A DNA stretch of 64,000 nucleotides from Mobula hypostoma (lineage: Eukaryota), in NCBI RefSeq assembly GCF_963921235.1, contig NC_086097.1, forward strand, positions 76,882,001 through 76,946,000. The letters run 5' to 3'. Shown in pieces: positions 61,501 to 64,000 of the stretch; position 1 is the stretch's first letter; every line of letters begins with the position of its first letter. The notes beneath the pieces are model-generated. The model did not search any database. It saw nothing but the letters and a program-made list of their open reading frames with translations, and was not told the origin of the DNA. The position numbers and the translations under genes were made by a program.

Positions 61501-63750
61501 TTGGTGCATCAATGGTATGTGAGCTTTATCCACTGTATGTAATAACGGTACAGAACTAAATTTGAGAGCATTTTACTGCATCCCTGGGCAAATAAGTCTG
61601 TAAGTTATTTATGGATAGATTTGCACAAAAATTGACATTTTGTGAGTTTTTATTAGGATTCATTCCCTTCAGACCAAAATCTAATGGAAAGGTTTAATGT
61701 GTGTGAAGAAATTACACTTAGTTCTTTTTCCAATTATATTCAGCTGCTTTAAGAAACCGTTAACATAATAAATGTTGATAACAAAAAAAGTCCTGAGCAT
61801 AATAATCAATTCTCCAATGACACAGATTCTGGAGAAAACAACGCAACTGATTGAATAAAGTTTTTGACCATTTACATTGGTAATAGTCATATTGTAGTTG
61901 GAATCTATCGTACTATTTGTTTTTTGTAACTTCATAAATTAATCAAAAGAAAAACGCGGGCCCAGGAGAATGTGTATGCTTCATTTTTTTTACATAGTGA
62001 GGGATGCAATATATGATGTGGTGATGTGATGACGTACACCACTCACGTACTTCTTACATAAAACCCACAATGAATTATGTTATCAGCAAGGAATGCTTAA
62101 TCAAACAATATACAATATTTACAATATTACTCAAATTTTACTGAAATATTAAATACACTTTGTTATCTAGTTCATTAGCTTGTATCTTCATTGAGAGTAC
62201 CAGGAAGAAGTGCTTGTAAAGCTTTAAAGTGACAAGAACCTCTTGCATGTGAACCAATATTAACCTCAGTGTAATATAAATAGAGGTAACATTTAAAAGA
62301 ACCATCCTGCTCTGCACCAACAGAATGACATTGATCACTCCTTTCATTGGCAGTTGCTTGCCGTGTTTTTGAGGGTTCCATGGGGTACCTGTGAATGCTG
62401 TGAGCACCATTGAGCTTCTTAAATAAAATTCAACAGTCATTAGATAGCAGAGAACATAAATAAAATTCAAACAAGCTTCAGAAATCAAAATGTGGACTTT
62501 AAAGCAGTAATTATCATTAATGTATCTTTTAAAATTCAATTTGCTCTCGAATGCAGTAGTCATACGTTCTGAGTTCTTTTAGTGGAAGACTTGAGATGAA
62601 ATATCCCAAGCACCTTCCTTAACACAATGCATTCTTGTAGAAGAGCAAGGTTTTTCTGAGAACCCTTGAAATTCCCACATGGGGCTGTATATATGTATAA
62701 GCCAAGGATTGCTGTCAGACTCCATTGCAATGAGCACATTCTGAAAGCTTGTACATTAGGATGTGTTCCTTTATCCCAGAATTTTCTAGTCAATCCACAT
62801 TTTATTAATGGCATGCATTGTTTTTCCAGTAAATCGGAACCAATATTAAGGAAGTAAATATGTTTTTTTAAGGTGGAGCAGCCATTGCGGTCAAAGAAGA
62901 CAGGGTGGCATAAACTTATGTCCAAACAACGCAAACGAGCTGTGGTTGCCTGCTTCCGGATGGCACCACTTTATAACCTTCCCAGGTAGAAGTAATGCTG
63001 TGTTTTGCATGTAAAGAAGAAAATTATATTTAAACAATCATTTCTATTTATTCTTTATCTCACTTAGCTACTTTCTTGAATTTTATTTTCCAGTTCAAAG
63101 TTGTTTTTTGATAAAGCTGTTGATATATTAACAATCACTCCCAAACTTCATTTCCAAGCTTCAGCTTCCAAGCTGCATGCACTGTTCCAGAAGAATACTG
63201 GAACTCTCTACCATTTGGACTAGAACATCTACAGTAATTTTCCCTGTTAGCATTTCTTCTTCCTTTCTTGTAAGAGAGTACCTCATTTCAATTTGGAGCC
63301 CCAGTTCTGCTTAGGGTTGGGGCAAGAATGTCAAGTCAGAAATCACAGTGCAAACCTATACCTTTTAAGTTCCCTAACTTCACTTGACAAGCTACATTTA
63401 TATTTAATTAACGAAGTTTATGAAGCCAGTCAAAAATCATGTCTGTTGATCACGCTTTACAGAATATATATGCAGTTTTGTCTTTGGCAATCAATAATGT
63501 ACATGCTTAAGAAAAACCATTTTAATGCAATGAACTAGTTGCAGAAACCATGCTTTAATTCACACTACATGGAGAATTATCCCACAGATAATTTAGAAAA
63601 ATCTGTGCTTTTAAATTGATCAATGCAAAACATGTATCCCTTTTCTTTAGACACAAAATTAACATTTACTTCCTGAACGCCTATCAACATCTGTGGCTGG
63701 AAAAACTATATAAGAAAACTGACTTTGAGAATCTTATCGTCTGTTTGGCG
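4459..63750 (+). CDS. RYR3: Ryanodine receptor 3, internal part of gene (19 coding exons, 2379 nt / 793 aa spliced; incomplete at both ends)
   Basis: Exons below join with GT-AG sites and matching phases into one open frame. Peptides such as YKFL...[43 protein letters not shown] and EQPLRSKK match RyR3 better than RyR1/RyR2 as I recall them. Confidence 0.93.
5092..6172 (+). mobile_element. Penelope-like element (Neptune type), 5'-truncated: GIY-YIG region + 3' pLTR
   Basis: [24 protein letters not shown]; ~10-bp TSD cttgcataat (5082-5091 / 6173-6182); highly similar to 24220-25280. Confidence 0.9.
6075..6110 (+). ncRNA. Minimal hammerhead ribozyme motif in PLE pLTR
   Basis: AGTC-CTGACGA-A-GGGT CTCA GCCC-GAAA-T-GTC-GACT. 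Confidence 0.7.
6712..7624 (+). mobile_element. Rex/Babar-type LINE 3' end, degenerate
   Basis: [11 protein letters not shown]...[21 protein letters not shown] motifs; 3' UTR ending aataag...tttgaactttg. Confidence 0.8.
7657..7780 (+). CDS. RYR3: RYR3 exon (124 nt, phase 1-2): [41 protein letters not shown](R)
   Basis: aactag| ... |gtaatg; [10 protein letters not shown] motif. Confidence 0.95.
7880..8540 (+). mobile_element. Old CR1 LINE fragment
   Basis: Degenerate ALEAVQR / RG.L.ETYK / WNSLP coding traces and CR1 3' UTR. Confidence 0.55.
8718..8833 (+). CDS. RYR3: RYR3 exon (116 nt, phase 2-1): [38 protein letters not shown](E)
   Basis: ttttcag| ... |gtaagt; EKRFAY and AQEFIAHL motifs. 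Confidence 0.95.
9879..9914. repeat. 15-bp tandem duplication (atccactttgaagtg) x2.4
   Basis: Read directly. Confidence 0.9.
10276..10340 (+). CDS. RYR3: RYR3 exon (65 nt, phase 1-0): [22 protein letters not shown]
   Basis: gacag| ... |gtacgt; QEIKFFAK motif. Confidence 0.95.
10828..12085 (+). mobile_element. CR1 LINE RT 3' half, nested inside an older minus-strand CR1 tail (10717-10815 / 12086-12129)
   Basis: [46 protein letters not shown]. Confidence 0.93.
11610..11757 (+). mobile_element. Severely 5'-truncated tail of the (ctatga)n-tailed LINE family inserted into CR1
   Basis: TSD aagata (11604-11609 / 11758-11763); matches the 3' UTR of 34180-35135; internal ~32-bp tandem duplication. 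Confidence 0.85.
12130..12222 (-). mobile_element. PLE pLTR 3' fragment with degenerate hammerhead
   Basis: Reverse complement ctgatgaagagtctcagcctgaaacatcaact...gctgcctggcctgctg. Confidence 0.8.
12236..14420 (-). mobile_element. Rex1/Babar-type LINE (end of EN + RT), frameshifted, (ttcaa)n tail
   Basis: Minus-strand ORFs [58 protein letters not shown]. Confidence 0.92.
14800..15200 (-). mobile_element. Possible ancient L2/Crack-like LINE C-terminal remnant
   Basis: Minus-strand traces LHLHHFF... and [14 protein letters not shown] resemble the non-LTR RT C-terminus. Confidence 0.3.
15509..16023. mobile_element. PIF/Harbinger (Tourist-like) MITE, 515 bp
   Basis: Imperfect TIRs AGGCT(C/G)AT.T.TACTTGTGCGTCAACT; TTA target duplication at 15506-15508 and 16024-16026; CpG-rich. 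Confidence 0.88.
16550..16671 (+). CDS. RYR3: RYR3 exon (122 nt, phase 0-2): [40 protein letters not shown](S)
   Basis: ctttcccag| ... AG|gttggc (weak donor, but phase fits the next exon); ASNKEKEM motif. Confidence 0.92.
16848..16976 (-). mobile_element. PLE pLTR 3' end, young subfamily, truncated within the hammerhead core
   Basis: Near-identical to the reverse complement of 25188-25281, plus full tail. Confidence 0.88.
17420..17469 (+). CDS. RYR3: RYR3 exon (50 nt, phase 2-1): [16 protein letters not shown](G)
   Basis: ctgatctag| ... |gtaagc; [11 protein letters not shown] motif. Confidence 0.95.
18571..18631 (+). CDS. RYR3: RYR3 exon (61 nt, phase 1-2): [20 protein letters not shown](R)
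   Basis: ttctatag| ... AG|gtatct. Confidence 0.95.
18774..19012 (+). CDS. RYR3: RYR3 exon (239 nt, phase 2-1): [27 protein letters not shown]...QHQFGTDLI(L)
   Basis: ttccag| ... |gtgagt; follows a 142-nt intron. Confidence 0.96.
19128..19860 (-). mobile_element. Degenerate Rex/Babar-type LINE 3' end
   Basis: Reverse-complement traces of [10 protein letters not shown] and a typical 3' UTR (ctgaacctggcggtgtgggacttcaggct). Confidence 0.6.
20065..21296 (+). mobile_element. Penelope-like element, older subfamily, GIY-YIG region + pLTR
   Basis: [33 protein letters not shown]; degenerate hammerhead at 21162-21197. Confidence 0.88.
21302..21627. mobile_element. Pair of inverted ~65-75-bp Tc1/mariner-like palindromic mini-elements (21302-21374 and 21563-21627)
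   Basis: Ends resemble CAGTACTGTGCAAAAGTC..AGGCA; the two units are near reverse complements. Confidence 0.6.
22068..22685. mobile_element. Fold-back PLE insertion: minus pLTR arm 22068-~22425, plus arm ~22428-22685
   Basis: 14-bp TSD gagatcYtgaaatg (22054-22067 / 22686-22699); both arms carry mutated hammerheads (22128-22163, 22555-22587). Confidence 0.9.
22862..24889 (+). CDS. PLE polyprotein (reverse transcriptase + GIY-YIG endonuclease), ~675 open codons, no start codon (5'-truncated; first ATG at 23528)
   Basis: [75 protein letters not shown]; frame is continuous from 22862. Confidence 0.92.
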   Translation, partial: GKDSSTPTDDPFSRLQPSSSSWTPRSGLLPALDLFIANCRRDINRLDFTAPCPHSNLTPSERSALHSLRTNPNLIIKPADKGGAVVVWRTDLYLAEAQRQLADTSSYLPLDRDPTKEHQAIVSHTINDFIRSGDLPSIATNLIVPTPRTSRFYLLPKIHKPACPGRPIVSACSCPTELVSAYLDTVLSPLVQSLPTYVRDTSHALKLFDDFKFPGPHRFIFTMDVQSLYTSIPHQEGLKALRFFLDSRPNQFPSTTTLLRLAELVLTLNNFSFCSSHFLQTKGVAMGTRMGPSYACLFVGFVEQSMFRAYSGICPPLFLRYIDDCIGAASCTHAELVDFINFASNFHPALKFTWSISDTSLPFLDLSVSVSGDSLSTDIYYKPTDSHSYLDYSSSHPVSCKNAIPFSQFLRLRRICSQDEAFHSRTREMSSFFKERGFPSSTINSALKRISSISRTSALTPSSHHPTRNRVPLVLTYHPTSLRVQHIILRNFRHLQRDPTTKHIFPSPPLSAFRRDRSLHNSLVHSSPPSLPTDLPPGTYPCKRNKCYTCPYTSSLTTIQGPKQSFQVRHHFTCESTGVIYCVRCSRCGLLYIGETRRRLGDRFAEHLRSVRQRKQDLPVATHFNSTSHSHSDMSIHGLLYCKDEATLRLEEQHLIFRLGSLQPDGMNIDFSNFR
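25183..25218 (+). ncRNA. Minimal hammerhead ribozyme motif with intact core (predicted GUC cleavage after 25214)
   Basis: AGTC-CTGACGA-AGGGTCTCGGCCT-GAAA-C-GTC-GACT; stem I AGTC/GACT; palindromic ACGT stem III. Confidence 0.8.
27140..27221 (+). CDS. RYR3: RYR3 exon (82 nt, phase 1-2): [27 protein letters not shown](R)
   Basis: tgtttacag| ... AG|gtaact. Confidence 0.95.
27257..27490 (-). mobile_element. V-SINE (HE1-like tRNA-derived SINE)
   Basis: tctttggactgtgggaggaaactggagcacc is the reverse complement of the V-domain; (ttta/tttg)n tail. Confidence 0.8.
28157..28951 (-). mobile_element. CR1 LINE 3' portion
   Basis: [42 protein letters not shown]. Confidence 0.92.
30080..30470 (-). mobile_element. 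Degenerate CR1 3' fragment
   Basis: agagtcatagagc tail and CR1 C-terminal traces. Confidence 0.55.
30488..31236 (-). mobile_element. Rex/Babar-type LINE 3' end
   Basis: [36 protein letters not shown]. Confidence 0.75.
31237..32040 (-). mobile_element. Rex/Babar-type LINE 3' end with (tctgat)n tail
   Basis: (aatcag)n at 31236-31259; KELMVNFR..., [14 protein letters not shown]. Confidence 0.78.
32045..32478 (+). mobile_element. CR1 LINE 3' end
   Basis: [27 protein letters not shown] and 3' UTR ending ttatggttttat. Confidence 0.88.
32480..33470 (-). mobile_element. CR1 LINE RT fragment, degenerate
   Basis: [19 protein letters not shown]. Confidence 0.75.
34020..34112 (+). mobile_element. Short PLE-related pLTR fragment, divergent family, with hammerhead-like motif (34020-34056)
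   Basis: AGTC-CTGATGA-A-GGGTC ACA GACCC-GAAA-C-GTG-GGCT. Confidence 0.7.
34180..35135 (-). mobile_element. Rex1/Babar-type LINE 3' portion with (ctatga)n tail
   Basis: ORF 34274-35116: [43 protein letters not shown]. Confidence 0.92.
35400..35900 (+). mobile_element. PLE 3' end / pLTR, degenerate hammerhead at 35779-35814
   Basis: [20 protein letters not shown]. Confidence 0.85.
38299..39265 (-). mobile_element. Rex1/Babar-type LINE RT 3' portion with (tctgat)n tail
   Basis: [50 protein letters not shown]. Confidence 0.92.
39368..40168 (-). mobile_element. Penelope-like element GIY-YIG region + pLTR
   Basis: [33 protein letters not shown]; degenerate hammerhead at 39462-39497. Confidence 0.9.
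40726..40856 (+). CDS. RYR3: RYR3 exon (131 nt, phase 2-1): [43 protein letters not shown](I)
   Basis: ttgtttag| ... |gtaagt; [11 protein letters not shown] motif. Confidence 0.95.
42460..43329. mobile_element. Fold-back PLE insertion: minus arm 42460-~42978, plus arm ~42979-43329
   Basis: 13-bp TSD aagttaatYagta (42447-42459 / 43330-43342). Confidence 0.9.
42555..42590 (-). ncRNA. Minimal hammerhead ribozyme motif, consensus-perfect copy
   Basis: Reverse complement AGTC-CTGACGA-A-GGGT CTCG GCCC-GAAA-C-GTC-GACT. Confidence 0.8.
43855..44533 (-). mobile_element. Rex1/Babar-type LINE 3' end, (ctatga)n family
   Basis: Near-identical to 34180-34850. Confidence 0.92.
45641..45770 (+). mobile_element. 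PLE pLTR 3' fragment ending 30 nt upstream of a RYR3 acceptor
   Basis: tgatgaagggtctctggccgaaacatcgactg...ctgcagaatctcttgtgttt. Confidence 0.8.
45800..46114 (+). CDS. RYR3: RYR3 exon (315 nt, phase 1-1): [19 protein letters not shown]...[12 protein letters not shown]...[10 protein letters not shown](V)
   Basis: ctttgttag| ... G|gtaaaa; lies within ORF 45793-46146. Confidence 0.97.
47191..47431 (+). CDS. RYR3: RYR3 exon (241 nt, phase 1-2): [30 protein letters not shown]...[19 protein letters not shown](R)
   Basis: ttctccag| ... AG|gtaaga. Confidence 0.97.
48085..48315 (+). mobile_element. LINE 3' UTR remnant (same type as 7330-7624) containing an (att)n microsatellite
   Basis: Similarity to 7330-7624; (tta)n at 48153-48184. 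Confidence 0.65.
48375..48462 (+). CDS. RYR3: RYR3 exon (88 nt, phase 2-0): [29 protein letters not shown]
   Basis: tttttctag| ... |gtaagg. Confidence 0.96.
49628..49720 (+). CDS. RYR3: RYR3 exon (93 nt, phase 0-0): [31 protein letters not shown]
   Basis: cgatag| ... AAG|gtaaat; REEQNFV motif. Confidence 0.96.
50095..50250 (-). mobile_element. Old PLE-related pLTR fragment (similar relics at ~4560-4660, ~21660-21750, ~29980-30055)
   Basis: atgctggaa...tcaggcagtat...; reverse complement cagttctgatgaaaggtt...gaaatgtt. Confidence 0.55.
50905..53830 (-). mobile_element. Long degenerate CR1 LINE with internal deletions and insertions
   Basis: [37 protein letters not shown]. Confidence 0.8.
51630..51823. 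mobile_element. Miniature fold-back PLE insertion inside CR1
   Basis: Two inverted pLTR 3' ends fused within the hammerhead stem II (~51740); 13-bp TSD tgtgccYttacaa (51617-51629 / 51824-51836). Confidence 0.8.
54008..54061. repeat. Perfect 27-bp tandem duplication (tttaacatgttaaagcatgttactgtc) x2
   Basis: Read directly; each unit contains the 14-bp palindrome TTTAACATGTTAAA and GCATG. Confidence 0.92.
54389..54412 (+). CDS. RYR3: Candidate alternative microexon (24 nt, phase 0-0): RCKQVGLK, at the ASI position
   Basis: Branch-like TACTAAT (54337), long polypyrimidine tract with TGC, aag| acceptor, AAG|gtcaga donor, TGCATG 8 nt downstream; in frame with no stop. Confidence 0.5.
54673..54836 (+). 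mobile_element. V-SINE 3' portion
   Basis: cccacagtccaaaga...taattggtcatggtaaattg...gggcct...ctaaataa; same family as 27257-27490. Confidence 0.75.
56540..56607. repeat. Compound short tandem repeat built on ttaatgtaa(ttgcacagct)
   Basis: Four copies of ttaatgtaa, two followed by ttgcacagct. Confidence 0.8.
57657..57693 (-). mobile_element. Isolated PLE 3' tail (~36 nt)
   Basis: aaacacgaggaaatctgcagatgctggaatttccagca matches the extreme pLTR end at 42459-42496. Confidence 0.7.
58289..58459 (+). CDS. RYR3: RYR3 exon (171 nt, phase 0-0): [57 protein letters not shown]
   Basis: tatttcag| ... |gtaagt; KRRGD and LPIGLN motifs. Confidence 0.96.
58850..58909 (+). CDS. RYR3: RYR3 exon (60 nt, phase 0-0): [20 protein letters not shown]
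   Basis: catcaacag| ... AAG|gtagga. Confidence 0.95.
59040..59622 (-). mobile_element. Rex1/Babar-type LINE 3' end, (ctatga)n family
   Basis: Near-identical to 34180-34800 and 43855-44485. Confidence 0.92.
60897..61028 (+). CDS. RYR3: RYR3 exon (132 nt, phase 0-0): [44 protein letters not shown]
   Basis: attcag| ... CAG|gtaacc. Confidence 0.96.
62010..62158 (-). mobile_element. Possible LTR fragment
   Basis: Reverse complement begins TGTATTTAATATTTCAGTAA..., TG-started LTR-like sequence. Confidence 0.3.
62873..62985 (+). CDS. RYR3: RYR3 exon (113 nt, phase 0-2), calmodulin-binding site CaMBD2: [37 protein letters not shown](R)
   Basis: ttttttaag| ... AG|gtagaa; [18 protein letters not shown] motif. 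Confidence 0.96.
63651..63750 (+). CDS. RYR3: RYR3 exon (100 nt, phase 2-0): [33 protein letters not shown], probably one of a mutually exclusive pair
   Basis: ttttctttag| ... |gtaaag; phase fits; resembles the HKIN..FL...Q..WLEK...KT RyR3 splice variant. Confidence 0.85.
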
Positions 63751-63906
63751 GTAAAGTAACATTTGATTGATAGACACTGCTTCCTACCCTGTGCAATCAT
63801 TTCTCTTGCCACACCAACCATCTTCAATTTGTACAGTAAACCTTACAGAATCTGATTGGTCAATCCATCAACCAAAACTTTCAGCAATCTTGCATGAAGA
63901 AAGATA

Positions 63907-64000
63907 CACACAGTGGCTATTTTATTAGGTACACCTGTACACCTTGTTAATGCAAATATCCAATCAGACAATCAAATGGCAGCAATGCAATGCACAAAAG
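63907..64000 (+). mobile_element. Tc1/mariner DNA transposon left end (runs off the window)
   Basis: TA followed by cacacagtggctattttattaggtacacc, resembling the Tc1 TIR CACTCAGTGGCCACTTTATTAGGTACACC. Confidence 0.7.

Noticed and set aside
1..64000. CRISPR arrays, tRNA/rRNA genes, prokaryotic operons, nested protein-coding host genes
   Set aside because: None seen; the recurring short motifs are dispersed TE ends rather than repeat-spacer arrays, and the RT ORFs are eukaryotic LINE/PLE types

Overview
Eukaryotic (vertebrate) genomic DNA. The repeat content (V-SINEs, Neptune-type Penelope-like elements, CR1 and Rex/Babar LINEs) suggests a cartilaginous fish (shark/ray); this is an inference. 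The whole window lies inside one + strand gene, ryanodine receptor 3 (RYR3). I traced 19 GT-AG coding exons from 4459 to 63750. Their phases are all compatible and they splice into an open 2379-nt (793-aa) stretch running from the end of the Repeat3-4 domain through the bridging solenoid to the calmodulin-binding site (CaMBD2). The gene begins upstream and continues downstream of the window. The introns are packed with transposable elements: CR1 LINEs, Rex1/Babar-type LINEs, Neptune-type Penelope-like elements (PLEs, one with an uninterrupted ~675-codon RT + GIY-YIG frame), V-SINEs, an RTE remnant, a Harbinger-type MITE and Tc1/mariner pieces. Main observations: (1) about a dozen PLE 3' ends carry a minimal hammerhead ribozyme motif with covarying stems, one intact copy being sense to the RYR3 pre-mRNA; (2) three TSD-flanked fold-back PLE insertions share the same asymmetric ends; (3) there is a candidate 24-nt in-frame microexon with microexon-type splicing signals at the RyR ASI position; (4) the last exon looks like the alternative member of the RYR3 mutually exclusive exon pair; (5) several normally invariant RyR residues are substituted. 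Most entries in the ORF track are spurious or TE fragments. Comparisons to mammalian RyR sequences are from memory and need alignment to confirm.
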